Virus record (IMG/VR): IMGVR_UViG_2734482785_000008
Span: 1-64,000 of that record
DNA: 64,000 nt
DNA from: an uncultured virus (IMG/VR IMGVR_UViG_2734482785_000008)
Lineage: Duplodnaviria; Heunggongvirae; Uroviricota; Caudoviricetes
Strand: one strand, 5' to 3'
This document shows, one piece after another, positions 10,720-24,217 of the stretch (positions are counted from its first letter, which is position 1; every line of letters starts with the position of its first letter). The position numbers were made by a program, and so were the translations under genes. Under the pieces are notes generated by a model, which was given only the letters and a program-made list of their open reading frames with translations, did no database searches and had not been told where the DNA came from.

Positions 10720-10852
10720 AATGTATATCTTTGAAACGTAGCTAACAAGTGATTTGCATTATCCTGTGCCTTCTAAAGGGATCGAGTCAGTCGGTATTGG
10801 CTGTGAATGGGTGTTTGTCCTGGAGCGTAAAAAATTCGCTTATGAGGTCTTT

Positions 10853-11410
10853 ATGAAGGGAAAAACAGCCGCAGGAGGCGGTGCAATTTGCGCTATCGCG
10901 GTGATGATTACCATCGTGATGGGTAATGGCAATGTGCGAACCAACCAGGCGGGGCTTGAGCTGATTGGTAACGCTGAAGGTTGCCGACGTGATCCATACA
11001 TGTGCCCGGCGGGGGTATGGACTGACGGGATCGGTAATACACACGGGGTAACGCCGGGTGTGCGAAAAACCGACCAGCAAATCGCCGCTGATTGGGAAAA
11101 GAATATCCTGATCGCTGAACGCTGTATTAATCAGCACTTCCGGGGCAAAGACATGCCCGATAATGCCTTCAGTGCAATGACAAGCGCGGCATTCAATATG
11201 GGATGCAATAGCTTACGGACCTACTACAGCAAAGCGCGAGGCATGCGAGTAGAAACGTCCATCCACAAGTGGGCGCAGAAAGGGGAATGGGTGAATATGT
11301 GTAACCATCTCCCTGATTTCGTGAACAGTAACGGCGTGCCCCTGCGAGGTTTAAAGATTCGCCGTGAAAAAGAACGCCAGCTTTGCCTGACGGGGCTTGT
11401 CAATGAATAA
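10853..11410 (+). CDS. lyz: SAR endolysin Lyz
   Basis: N-terminal Gly/Ala-rich SAR domain, E-8aa-C-5aa-T catalytic triad of P1 Lyz; AAGTGATTT late element at 10747. Confidence 0.95.
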   Translation: MKGKTAAGGGAICAIAVMITIVMGNGNVRTNQAGLELIGNAEGCRRDPYMCPAGVWTDGIGNTHGVTPGVRKTDQQIAADWEKNILIAERCINQHFRGKDMPDNAFSAMTSAAFNMGCNSLRTYYSKARGMRVETSIHKWAQKGEWVNMCNHLPDFVNSNGVPLRGLKIRREKERQLCLTGLVNE

Positions 11411-11654
11411 ACTCCGGCAGCTCCGCCGACTTTCGACAATGAAGTTATCGCTGGCGGCGATAGTTTTTGACTCGATTTTCATGGCGGTATATGTGCTCAA
11501 TGAGACGTGGCCACTGGAACCGCTATTGTATGCCGGGCTTCGGCTGTGCCTGACATTTTTGAGCATGGCTGCGAGATTGATGCAGCAGAAAGAAACAGCT
11601 TCAGATTGTCCAGGCCGCGCGGTGCGCAAATATATGGCACGCAGGCGAAGGTGA
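11403..11654 (+). CDS. lydD: Putative holin LydD
   Basis: Two TM segments, basic termini, overlaps lyz stop. Confidence 0.75.
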   Translation: MNKLRQLRRLSTMKLSLAAIVFDSIFMAVYVLNETWPLEPLLYAGLRLCLTFLSMAARLMQQKETASDCPGRAVRKYMARRRR

Positions 11655-11668
11655 TAATAGTTAACGAG

Positions 11669-11696
11669 AACCCCGGCAGCTGCCGGGGTTATTTTT
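11669..11696. terminator. Intrinsic terminator between convergent lydD and pro
   Basis: AACCCCGGCAGCTGCCGGGGTT followed by T-run. Confidence 0.75.
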
Positions 11697-11701
11697 GGTG
11701 G

Positions 11702-14432
<2,731 letters not shown>

Positions 14433-14498
14433 TTAATTAGAATAATTCGCATCGTGTTTGAACGGAATTTAACACTAGTCACTTGTTAAGGATTACCA

Positions 14499-17400
14499 AT
14501 GAACAAGCTATCTATAGGGGTGTTTCGCTGTTCAAGTGTCAGCGAAATATTGAAATACATTAGGGCAATAACATCTCACCGAGCGCCGATTAGATACGGC
14601 GTGGAAAAGGTGGAAGGCAAAAGCTATGACCGACTACGCCGGGAGGCGAATCAGAAGGCGATAGATTTGCTTAATTCGCTGGTGGACGGCGCGACACTGA
14701 CAGATGAACAGCGCCAGATCCTGGCTGGGTACACCGGCGAAGGCGGCATTGGCGGGTCCGTCTCCGAATATTACACACCAAAGCCGATCGCTGAAGGTGT
14801 CTGGGAGATCATGAAGCTCTACGGCGCGGACGTAGGTAACACTCTGGAACCATCGGCGGGAACCGGCGTTTTTAATGAGACAAAACCGGTTGGTACGGTG
14901 ATGACCGCGACTGAGATCAGCAGTGTTTCCGGTCGTATAAACCAGCTGTTGCACCCGGAAGACAGCGTACAGATTTCTCCGTTCGAACAACTGGCTGTAA
15001 GCACGCCTAACGATTCATTCGACCATGTTGTGGGTAACGTTCCGTTCGGCGGTCGTGATAACACACGCAACATCGATAAGCCTTACGCAGAAGAAACGGA
15101 CATGGGTTCTTACTTCATGCTCCGCATGCTGGACAAGATAAAGCCAGGCGGATTCATGTGCGTGATTGTGCCGCCGTCCATTGTTTCAGGTTCAAACATG
15201 AAGCGGTTACGCCTGCGCCTATCACGGAAAGCTGAATTTCTTGGTGCCCACCGCTTGCCTACCGGTACTTTTGACGCTAACGGGACCAGTACGGTCGTAG
15301 ATGTGGTGCTGATGCGCAAACATCCGGCAGAGATGGCTGAGAAAATCCCCCTGGTGGATGAAAGCACTCTCGAATCGGCAAATGTGCTTTGGTCAACGTT
15401 TATTTCTGGCAAGTGGTTTGAAAAGGATGGCCGCCGGTTTGTTCATGGCACCCAGGAAAAGGGCTTCCAGGGGCGTATTGAGGTTCGTGCCGACGGTCAG
15501 ATTGATAACCAGGCTCTTAAAGCGAAGCTGATTCATCGTTTCGAAAGCCGTATCGACTGGTCTTTGCTCGATATGGCTGAACCGTCACCGACCGCAGACG
15601 TTGTTGGTGAAGGGGAAATGCGCCTGATTAATGGCGTATGGCAAAAATATGCTGGTGGTCGCTGGATTGAAGCTGATGCAGGGAAGGAACTTAAGATCGA
15701 TGCTGCCAGTTATGGCGCGGATAGCTGGGAGGCTCTTCAGCGTAACCTGACTACAACAGAAGGCCGTCTCGGCATGACATTTACCCAGATGGCAAATGTC
15801 CGCGATAAGTACACCACATCAATCAGCGACGATATGGTGCAGCTGGTGGACTGGATTAACAGCCAGCCTGAAAAATACCGTGAACGCTTGTATCGCGGGG
15901 CGATGATTGGCCGGATGTTAATTGAATATCAGGACATGAAGGCCGCCGGGCATAGTGCTGAACAAATCGAACAGCAGCGCCTTTCTCTGGTATCCCGTTT
16001 GCAGGCAGAGATTGACCGTTTTGGTAACCCCGGTCGCGGTCCTATAGCGAAATTATCAGGAAGCGGTGCGCGCGCTTGGTTTGCTTTCCGTGGTGCAATT
16101 AAGCTGGATGGCGCTATTTCTGACGAGCTGACAGGAAAACTGGTTACGCATGATTCCAGCGCCAGTTATGACTCCACCAGCTATCAGGACACCCTGCGTT
16201 ATCTCTACAGTGATCTCACTCGCGATCCAATCCAGCTCGATGATTTCCGCCTTGCGTTTACCGGTGAACTGCCAGCCAGTGATGACGAGTTGCTTAATTT
16301 ATTGGCCAGCACCCCTGGCATTGCGGTTTCACCGTATGGCGGGATTGTTCCGTTCGCCCGCGCCACCAGCGGCGACATTAACGAGATAGTGGCTCCAAAA
16401 CAGGAATTCCTTGCCACACTCCCCGACGGTCCAGTAAAGAACAACGTCCTTAATCAGCTGGCAGCGATCGAAGAGAAGCGCATCAAGACGCCAGCAGAGA
16501 ATATCCGCTTTAAGCTCAATAGCCGTTGGTTCGACCGTTCCGTCATTCTGGAATTTTTGCAGGAAAACGGCTATCCGGATCTGCGCTATGTGCAGTCAGT
16601 GCAGCTGGAAGGCGACGAAATGGTTTCTGACACCTATCACGGTAGTGATGGCCTGTTCGTCGGGCACCGATACGGTGTCGTCCAGCGCAAGGATAAAGAA
16701 ACAGGCGAGATCCGCTACGAGTGGGACCGTAAATCAGGTGAAAACGCGACCGGGTTCCCGGCACAGCTGGAAAAGTATCTCAATGGTGCGCGTATCGGTG
16801 GCAAAGATAGCGCGACGGCGAACGGCTACCGCGAGCAGATGGCACTGCTTGAGGACCAGTTCAATAAGTGGATCAAGACGCACGATCGCTACGATGAACT
16901 GGTTACCAAATACAACGATGTGTTCAATAGCAATATCCCGTATGAACACTCTGGCGATCCGCTTGGGTTGAAGGGATTAAGCGGTAAGCGCCAGCCATTT
17001 GATTACCAGAATAGCGAGGTGCGCCGACTGTCCGAAGATGGGCGCGGCATCCTGGGCTTCGGCACCGGGCTGGGTAAAACCACGACCGCGCTGGCGCTTG
17101 AGGCGTTCAACTATGAGAACGGTCGCTCCACCCGTACTGCGTATGTAGTGCCTAAATCAGTGCTGGAAAACTGGTATTACGAAGCAAAAGAATTCCTGAG
17201 TGAAGAGGCATTCAGTAACTACCTGTTCGTCGGTCTTGATGTGCTGATGGATGGCGATCAGATTCGCCAGGTGCCGGTGCTCGATGAGAACGGTAAACCT
17301 GTTCTTGGTACTGATGGCACTCCCGTTATGCGCGATGCTCTTAAGCTGGCAGATGAAGCCACTATCACGGCGCGGATGAACGCGATCCCGCACTCAAATT

Positions 17401-20400
17401 ACCGTGCAGTCGTGTTTACCAAAGAACAATACGCCCGCATTCCTCTACGTGATGACACCGTAGATGAGCATGCACAGGATATGCTTTATGACTTCGTTGC
17501 CGCCGGGCGCGTAGCCAGCGCAATGGATTCCGATTCCCATCGCAAAGAGGCGGCGCGTCGCCGGGTATTGTCGGAGTATTCAGATACCGGTACCGAAAAA
17601 GCAGAGAAGTATCCGTACTTTGAGGATATGGGCTTCGATAGTGTGATCGCTGACGAAGGTCACAACTACCGCAATAGCTATAAAAATGGTCGCGAAGCGT
17701 CACAACTGGCCTATCTGCCCACCAGCGCGGTGGCGCAATCGGCGCGAGATATGGCAATTAAAAACGCGTACCTGATGAAAAAGAATGGCGGGCGCGGGCC
17801 GGTTCTCCTGACTGCAACGCCAGTCGTTAACACCCCGATCGATGCATACAACATGCTTTCTCATGTTCTGCCGAAGGAATACTGGCAGAACATGGGGATC
17901 TACGGTCCTGATGACTTCGTTAAATTCTTCGGCAAGACCAGGCTGGAAACGGTGCAGAAAATCAGCGGTGAAGTTGAAGAAAAAATGGCGCTGGTGGGCT
18001 TTGAAAACCTTGATGCGCTGCGCGGTATATTCCATCGCTGGGTAACGCTTAAAACGGCGGAAGACGTTAAGGATACCGTGGAGATCCCGGAGCTGGACGA
18101 ACACCAGCAGGATGCACCACTTACTGAAGAACAACTGGCGGCGTATGAAGAATTGCGTCAGCAGGCGGAAGCGGCGGCAAAAGCCAACAATGGCGTTACG
18201 ACCTCGGTCAATGAAGACGGCGTGATTGAGCACGAGAAAGCCCGTCCGATCTTCTCAATAATCAGGGATATGGACCGCGTATGTACTGACATGGACCTGT
18301 ACTATCGCCGGATCACCTATCGTTTCCTGCCGGAGTACGCCGATGCGGTGCAGCAGCTGGCGGACAGTTTGCCTAAACAAGCCACCAGCGAAGACGACGA
18401 CAGTGATGATTCAATCACGCAGCAATCGCAATACTCCCTGATAGATAAGGGCGAGTTTATTCAGTTGCAGGTTCCGGAAGCGTTCGAGCAGGAAGTGAAT
18501 AAGCGCCTGGCCAGGTTTGGCATTGACGAACAGACCGTAACTCACCCCGTTACGCCGAAATACGCGAAGCTGATCGCCACGCTGAAGGAGTTTTTCCCGG
18601 AAGGTAAGCAAATCATCTTCACCGATGAAAAAACGCAGCACCAGAAGCTCAAGCGCATTATCTGCAATGCTCTAAACCTTGAACCTTCAAAGGTGGGGAT
18701 CCTGAATGCTCAGACGGTTGCCGAGGCAGGTAAAACCGGTAAGAAACTGAAAGCGGTTAAACCGCCGAAAGAGCTACCGGATGAACCAACAGATGCACAG
18801 ATAGCGAAATACAACGAGCAAATGGCTCTGTATGACGCCTATATCGCGCAGCAAAATGAAATGTCGTTGGGCGGTCTGGAAAAGATTGCAGCCGACTTCC
18901 AGGAGGGCCGGACTCCGATCATCATCTGCAACAAAAAGGCAGAGGTGGGTATCAACCTGCATCGAGGAACGACTGACATCCATCATCTGACGTTGCCATG
19001 GACACCAGCCAGCATCGCACAACGTAACGGTCGCGGTGCACGAGTTGGCTCCAACCGTGCAAGCGTTCGCGTTCACTACTACTGCGGCAAGGGGTCTTTC
19101 GATGAATACCGACTGAAGACGCTGAAGCGTAAAGCAGGCTGGATCTCCGATATCCTCCGTTCAGATAAGTCAGAAATGGAGAACGCCGACGCCAATGACA
19201 TGATCGAAATGCAGATGTATACCGCGAAGGATGACGGCGAACGTCTGGCAATGATGCAGGTTCAAATGGATAAGGCGAAAGCTGCGAAACGCGCTCGCCA
19301 GAAAGAACAGGCTACTATCGACCTTAAGAACTACATCAAGGCGCAGCACGCAGCTGGTGAGGATGTGGAGGTACTTACCGCTGAATTGGAGCGAAGCAAA
19401 GCGGAACTTGAAAAGACCACCGCCGAGGTAGCTAAATTCAAACAGGCGGTAATGGCCAAAGCAGCTGATAACGCAGACTGGAAAGCCCGCTGGGGTAGCG
19501 TCCATCACACAGACCGTATGTTGTTAGCACAGTATCGCGCGTCGTTGAAAAGCGCCATTCAGCGCAAGGCTAATATCTCTCAGGCCATCTCCCGCTATGA
19601 GAAATTATTGAACCGTACTCAGAAGGCCGCGACGGATATCAAACGCCTGCGCCCGCTGGTGGAGGATGCAATAAATAAAGGCATTCTGGATGTTGATCCT
19701 GATCTGGTTAACCATGCGAATGAGTTCCTTGTTATCGGCGATCGCTCATGGCGTGTAGGCCAATACTATGATTGTGCCGGTGATATCGTTCGCATTAAGT
19801 CGCTGGACTTCGACAGCCAGCGCGCAGACGTGGAGATCATCTTTACCTTCAAAGGCACCAAATCGGGTAACTGGGATGTGAAGACGCTGGATAAACAGGT
19901 TGATGTAACTCCCGATGAAGATGCTGTTATGCAGAAAATCAGTGGTGGCGTCTCCATCGCCGGGATTAACGACATCATTTCCTGTGACGATTTCTACCGT
20001 TTCCAGCAGCGCGGCATGATCAAAATCACTGACTCATACGGCGTTCAGACTACAGAGTCAGGCTATAGCATCGATTTTGTTGGTACCTATACGGACCCAC
20101 TGAAGCATGCGGTTTACCCGGATCGCCGTGACGGCGCGCTGAAGTCGTCAATTGCAAAATGGGTGCTTGGTATGATGTCGGAAGGGAATAACCGCCAGAT
20201 CCGTTCGGCAGAAACATTCCTGGTTGAATTGTTTGGCTCCAATTATGGCGATGTAATCGCGTCATACGGAGATACGCTATCCCCTGAAGCAATTCAGGAG
20301 AAAATAGCGGATGCGATCGCCAGAATGCCGGAAAAAACAAGCCAGGGGGCTACTCGTAACGGGGATTCTGAACTTGAAGTCACCAATGCCATTTTCGGTA

Positions 20401-21266
20401 CCAATGAGTTCCGGGGGTCAGATTATGAGATCACCACAGCACAGTTTGGCACCATTGGCATTTACAGCAATAAAGCCGAGATCAAGCAGGCAATGGACGC
20501 AGCAAGCGCGCGCATCGCAGCAGAACGGGAAGCCAATCTGAATCATGCAGTCGCCGCGCTGACTCAATCGTGGGTAACAGCAATCAGGGAGGCCGCCACC
20601 ACAGGGAAAATCACACCTGCAATAGCGGATGTCGTAAACGACGGCTCTAAATTTATGGATGCCTATCAAATGGATGCGGTGAAGTTGCCATCAGCCTATG
20701 GTCAACTCAGCTATCGCATGACCTACAACCTGGTATCAATGTTTTCCGACCTTGCCATCCTTGGGCTGGTGGATCTTAACGAGGTTACGCCGGAATTGCT
20801 CAGCATGCGCAAGAATCATGTGGAGATATTGCAGAGAATTAACACGGTTCTTGCCGGGCGCACCGATGAAGAGAAACAGGCCGACGCTGATCGGATAAAC
20901 CTAGCCCTTGGCAACATCACGGAGGAAGAGATTGCCGCCAGAAACGAGAAACAAGAAGAGTTATCATCAATACAGGGTGATGCCACCAGCATAGCTCAGT
21001 CTCTTGGTCTGAATTATCGCGTATCCACCGCCGACCTGAAGATGATGTACGCACCAAAATTCGCCGCTGGCGAGGTATTTGGGCTTCAGGAAGCCTCAGG
21101 CATGAAAGGCGTTCTTTTCCGTGCGAAAGACGCAATCAAGGCGAAATTCGGCGCTCGCTGGCTGCCAGCGAAGGCGAAGAACAGCGATTTCCCGGGTAAC
21201 TGGTGGATTATCGAGACAAAACACAACGTGGCGGACGTTCTGGCCGTCATCCAACAATACGCATAA
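14499..21266 (+). CDS. darB: DarB antirestriction protein (N6-MTase-like plus SNF2-type helicase domains)
   Basis: LEPSAGTG and NVPF methyltransferase motifs; GTGLGKT, DEGH, LLTATP, QRNGRGAR helicase motifs. Confidence 0.96.
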   Translation: MNKLSIGVFRCSSVSEILKYIRAITSHRAPIRYGVEKVEGKSYDRLRREANQKAIDLLNSLVDGATLTDEQRQILAGYTGEGGIGGSVSEYYTPKPIAEGVWEIMKLYGADVGNTLEPSAGTGVFNETKPVGTVMTATEISSVSGRINQLLHPEDSVQISPFEQLAVSTPNDSFDHVVGNVPFGGRDNTRNIDKPYAEETDMGSYFMLRMLDKIKPGGFMCVIVPPSIVSGSNMKRLRLRLSRKAEFLGAHRLPTGTFDANGTSTVVDVVLMRKHPAEMAEKIPLVDESTLESANVLWSTFISGKWFEKDGRRFVHGTQEKGFQGRIEVRADGQIDNQALKAKLIHRFESRIDWSLLDMAEPSPTADVVGEGEMRLINGVWQKYAGGRWIEADAGKELKIDAASYGADSWEALQRNLTTTEGRLGMTFTQMANVRDKYTTSISDDMVQLVDWINSQPEKYRERLYRGAMIGRMLIEYQDMKAAGHSAEQIEQQRLSLVSRLQAEIDRFGNPGRGPIAKLSGSGARAWFAFRGAIKLDGAISDELTGKLVTHDSSASYDSTSYQDTLRYLYSDLTRDPIQLDDFRLAFTGELPASDDELLNLLASTPGIAVSPYGGIVPFARATSGDINEIVAPKQEFLATLPDGPVKNNVLNQLAAIEEKRIKTPAENIRFKLNSRWFDRSVILEFLQENGYPDLRYVQSVQLEGDEMVSDTYHGSDGLFVGHRYGVVQRKDKETGEIRYEWDRKSGENATGFPAQLEKYLNGARIGGKDSATANGYREQMALLEDQFNKWIKTHDRYDELVTKYNDVFNSNIPYEHSGDPLGLKGLSGKRQPFDYQNSEVRRLSEDGRGILGFGTGLGKTTTALALEAFNYENGRSTRTAYVVPKSVLENWYYEAKEFLSEEAFSNYLFVGLDVLMDGDQIRQVPVLDENGKPVLGTDGTPVMRDALKLADEATITARMNAIPHSNYRAVVFTKEQYARIPLRDDTVDEHAQDMLYDFVAAGRVASAMDSDSHRKEAARRRVLSEYSDTGTEKAEKYPYFEDMGFDSVIADEGHNYRNSYKNGREASQLAYLPTSAVAQSARDMAIKNAYLMKKNGGRGPVLLTATPVVNTPIDAYNMLSHVLPKEYWQNMGIYGPDDFVKFFGKTRLETVQKISGEVEEKMALVGFENLDALRGIFHRWVTLKTAEDVKDTVEIPELDEHQQDAPLTEEQLAAYEELRQQAEAAAKANNGVTTSVNEDGVIEHEKARPIFSIIRDMDRVCTDMDLYYRRITYRFLPEYADAVQQLADSLPKQATSEDDDSDDSITQQSQYSLIDKGEFIQLQVPEAFEQEVNKRLARFGIDEQTVTHPVTPKYAKLIATLKEFFPEGKQIIFTDEKTQHQKLKRIICNALNLEPSKVGILNAQTVAEAGKTGKKLKAVKPPKELPDEPTDAQIAKYNEQMALYDAYIAQQNEMSLGGLEKIAADFQEGRTPIIICNKKAEVGINLHRGTTDIHHLTLPWTPASIAQRNGRGARVGSNRASVRVHYYCGKGSFDEYRLKTLKRKAGWISDILRSDKSEMENADANDMIEMQMYTAKDDGERLAMMQVQMDKAKAAKRARQKEQATIDLKNYIKAQHAAGEDVEVLTAELERSKAELEKTTAEVAKFKQAVMAKAADNADWKARWGSVHHTDRMLLAQYRASLKSAIQRKANISQAISRYEKLLNRTQKAATDIKRLRPLVEDAINKGILDVDPDLVNHANEFLVIGDRSWRVGQYYDCAGDIVRIKSLDFDSQRADVEIIFTFKGTKSGNWDVKTLDKQVDVTPDEDAVMQKISGGVSIAGINDIISCDDFYRFQQRGMIKITDSYGVQTTESGYSIDFVGTYTDPLKHAVYPDRRDGALKSSIAKWVLGMMSEGNNRQIRSAETFLVELFGSNYGDVIASYGDTLSPEAIQEKIADAIARMPEKTSQGATRNGDSELEVTNAIFGTNEFRGSDYEITTAQFGTIGIYSNKAEIKQAMDAASARIAAEREANLNHAVAALTQSWVTAIREAATTGKITPAIADVVNDGSKFMDAYQMDAVKLPSAYGQLSYRMTYNLVSMFSDLAILGLVDLNEVTPELLSMRKNHVEILQRINTVLAGRTDEEKQADADRINLALGNITEEEIAARNEKQEELSSIQGDATSIAQSLGLNYRVSTADLKMMYAPKFAAGEVFGLQEASGMKGVLFRAKDAIKAKFGARWLPAKAKNSDFPGNWWIIETKHNVADVLAVIQQYA

Positions 21267-21299
21267 CAGGAGCGCCCGGTTCGCCGGGCGTCGCATAAT

Positions 21300-21740
21300 A
21301 TGGCCACACTATCTGATACAATAAAACCGAATAAAACATATCTTGAGGCGGTACTCCGTACAGCGTTGTTAGGAAAGACAGAAGACGAATACGTTGATTT
21401 CTTCCTGTCAGGGCTACGCGGGCGATTACTGAAAAATCCCCGCCTGTACCGCAGCTATGGTCCATACTGGTCGGAAATTAAAAAATTATTACTGGAGCGC
21501 GGTTATGGTAATTTCGGTCGTCTCGTTGACCGTGACGTTCGCAAAATTTACCGTTATGACCGCCCGGCGCTGACGCTCATAGCCGCGACGCTCTACAGCC
21601 AGGAGCGTTTTGATAATGGTCAGATATACTCAGCCTGGCATTTACTGCCAGTACCTGAAGAGGTTGACGACCAGGACTATGAGTTTGAGTCTTACGATTT
21701 GGAAGTTGAAGCCTTAGCACAGGCTGGAGAGAAAACTTGA
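21300..21740 (+). CDS. ulx: Ulx
   Basis: Between darB and lxc. Confidence 0.85.
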   Translation: MATLSDTIKPNKTYLEAVLRTALLGKTEDEYVDFFLSGLRGRLLKNPRLYRSYGPYWSEIKKLLLERGYGNFGRLVDRDVRKIYRYDRPALTLIAATLYSQERFDNGQIYSAWHLLPVPEEVDDQDYEFESYDLEVEALAQAGEKT

Positions 21741-21985
21741 AAAAGCGATACTACACAGTAAAGCATGGGACGCTACGAGCATTACAAGAGTTTGCTGACA
21801 AGCATAACGTTGAGGTGCGCAGGGAAGGGGGAAGTAAAGCTCTGCGCATGTACCGTCCGGACGGAAAATGGCGGACGGTCGTCGATTTCAAAACTAACAG
21901 CGTTCCCCAGGGCGTCCGCGACCGGGCATTCGAGGAATGGGAGCAGATCATCATAGATAACGCATTGCTCCTGAATGCTGATTAA
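21737..21985 (+). CDS. lxc: Lxc (Bof) co-repressor of C1
   Basis: 82 aa, TTG start, MKKRYYTVKHG. Confidence 0.9.
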   Translation: MKKRYYTVKHGTLRALQEFADKHNVEVRREGGSKALRMYRPDGKWRTVVDFKTNSVPQGVRDRAFEEWEQIIIDNALLLNAD

Positions 21986-21989
21986 GAAC

Positions 21990-22018
21990 TCTCCGGCCTA
22001 GGGAGATTAGGCCGGAGA
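21990..22018. terminator. Hairpin between lxc and SIR2 gene
   Basis: TCTCCGGCCTA...TAGGCCGGAGA inverted repeat between convergent genes. Confidence 0.65.
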
Positions 22019-22026
22019 TAAATATA

Positions 22027-23331
22027 CTATATAAACTTAGATATAATATCGTGAATCTGTTGTAGCGGGATTTCTTCCATCTTACTCTTAATAAGAGAGC
22101 GGTTAGATGCTGTCAGTGAAGGCCATTTTGTTTTCCAGGCTAGATATGCTCGCCATGAGTAGCCTGTTTCGTAAGGTTTATTCATATAAGTCATTGAGTG
22201 TTCAACCGCATGTATGTATTTTTTCTCAAAGTTGGTTCCTTTTACTTCAAATAAACTACCGAAATAAATAAGCCATTTTGCCAGGTGTTCATACTGCTCC
22301 CATGCGCCAGACTCTTTAGTAAGATCTATTTTTTTATCTATTATATCACAAAAAACATTTAATACCTTTTCATCATTCCAGCTATATCCAGATGATGAAA
22401 TGGAGGAAATGATATGATAAAAAGAATCCTCTAACTTCAAGAACTCTATTTTATACTCTCTTCCGTTTTTTATTACCGATTTGATTGAGTGCCTCAATTT
22501 GTCTTTTATTTTTTTTGCTTCTGGAATTTTCTTGTTAAGTTTTCTAAAGAAATCAGACACCTCTGTTTTATCTATAACCCTAATCCCAAAGCAGGAAAAA
22601 TAGTAATCTTTAATAGGTTGCAATAGTTTTCCTCGGGAAATAAGGAAAATATTGGAGGACATTACGTTGTCCCGTGAAAATACCTTATATTCATTTATAA
22701 TCGCCTTGAGGTTCGCGTCACTTAGAGAATAGCCAAGAATAACAATAGTGTTTTCATGTAGAACTGTGCTTAGTTTATTTGAAAAGTAAGAATTACCATT
22801 TATAAATCTGAAATAATCCTCGCTAGTAACAACCATATCTGATGGGGAGTCTATAGAGCCGTGAACATGGTAGACTTTAACCTCACAATTATATTTTGGA
22901 ATTGGCAGGCCGGGGGTGATTGTACACGTTCGATTCTCTCCAGCCAGTTTTTCTGCTAACTTGTCATAATTTGTCGTAATTACTTTAAATGTGTTTTCTT
23001 TGAAAAAGTCTTGAATATATTCAATTGATGGATCAAGTTCGATTGAGGCTATGATTTTCTCAATCTCCTGGTAAATATTTTTCCCCGAAAGTATAAATTT
23101 TAGTGCAATAACCTGAGCAGCCTCTTCAAGGCTAAGGTCTTTTGCTTTTCCATCAGGAAATAATTCCTCTTTGAGTGAGTCACCATCCTTCAATAAACCG
23201 CACAGTTGCTCCAATAAAGATTGCCAACTTGGGGCTTTATCATCAGAAACAGCCTTTGAAAATCCAGTGCCTGTAAGAAAGCACAGCCTATGTGTAGCTG
23301 CTGCATAGGCAATTTCTATATACTCGCTCAT
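22027..23331 (-). CDS. SIR2-domain (SIR2_2-like) protein, probable NADase anti-phage effector
   Basis: GTGFS, PSW, ITTNYD, HVHGS and GYSLSD sirtuin motifs; AT-rich; occupies the res-mod position. Confidence 0.88.
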   Translation of the reverse strand: MSEYIEIAYAAATHRLCFLTGTGFSKAVSDDKAPSWQSLLEQLCGLLKDGDSLKEELFPDGKAKDLSLEEAAQVIALKFILSGKNIYQEIEKIIASIELDPSIEYIQDFFKENTFKVITTNYDKLAEKLAGENRTCTITPGLPIPKYNCEVKVYHVHGSIDSPSDMVVTSEDYFRFINGNSYFSNKLSTVLHENTIVILGYSLSDANLKAIINEYKVFSRDNVMSSNIFLISRGKLLQPIKDYYFSCFGIRVIDKTEVSDFFRKLNKKIPEAKKIKDKLRHSIKSVIKNGREYKIEFLKLEDSFYHIISSISSSGYSWNDEKVLNVFCDIIDKKIDLTKESGAWEQYEHLAKWLIYFGSLFEVKGTNFEKKYIHAVEHSMTYMNKPYETGYSWRAYLAWKTKWPSLTASNRSLIKSKMEEIPLQQIHDIISKFI

Positions 23332-23387
23332 TACTTACTCCATTTACTTATAGTTCTACGGAGAAGTATACCCTAATGCATTGACGT

Positions 23388-24029
23388 TTATAGATAATTT
23401 CCTTTTCCTGTTAATACTCCCTTAGGCACCTGTTTTTGTGCCAGCGTTTGGGTTCCGCGAATTATGTTAATCAGAGGGCTTAGTAACGATGGTTCCTGGC
23501 GTGCCTCAACTTCTCCAGCCATTGCCCTGATGTAGTCTGCGCTGGCAACGTTGTTGTATTCCGTCGCAAAGCAACATAGTAACGTCAGAACATGCTCTGT
23601 CGTTATTTCGCTCCAGTTGATGTTGAAAAATTCATCGCCTTTTTTATCGTGTTCGGAATCGAAGATGCTTTGGTGGAGGATGTATTTGCCGGATTCCTTG
23701 CGCGGTAACTTGATCGCTTTCTGGCGTTCCAGCTCCTTGTAAATCTGCATTGCTTCAATCAGTACCGGCCTGCCGTTCATGAAGGGATCGCGCAACCTTA
23801 CACGCTGGCCAACTCGACCAGTAATAAAGCTGTTTTCCTCTTCCACCAGCACGATAAAACCCTTTTCCTCTTTTTCTCGCAATTCGCGCAGCAGCTGGAG
23901 TTCCATGTCGCGGCGGCGTTCAGGGTAGCTGGTCCGCTCAGCCATTATCAGCTCGTTGTTGATCCATGCAGCAGTCATTGACGCCGGTTTGCCGACGCTC
24001 ATCGAAACAACGCATATTTTCTTATCCAT
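23388..24029 (-). CDS. mat: Maturation control protein Mat
   Basis: Synteny after ref; AAGTGACTT late element at 24169-24177 on minus strand. Confidence 0.8.
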   Translation of the reverse strand: MDKKICVVSMSVGKPASMTAAWINNELIMAERTSYPERRRDMELQLLRELREKEEKGFIVLVEEENSFITGRVGQRVRLRDPFMNGRPVLIEAMQIYKELERQKAIKLPRKESGKYILHQSIFDSEHDKKGDEFFNINWSEITTEHVLTLLCCFATEYNNVASADYIRAMAGEVEARQEPSLLSPLINIIRGTQTLAQKQVPKGVLTGKGNYL

Positions 24030-24217
24030 AGCGCCCCTACAAAAAAGAAAAGCCACCAGCGGCGGCTTAGCAATACAACTGAAGGTAGCGCCCGGTACTC
24101 AGACTGTGCCGTCCATGGAATATTTGAAAAGGGATCCATCCGTACCGGGCGTGTGATGATTCTGACTCAAGTCACTTGTCAGTTGTCAATCATTTAAGAT
24201 TAAAAATAATATATTTA

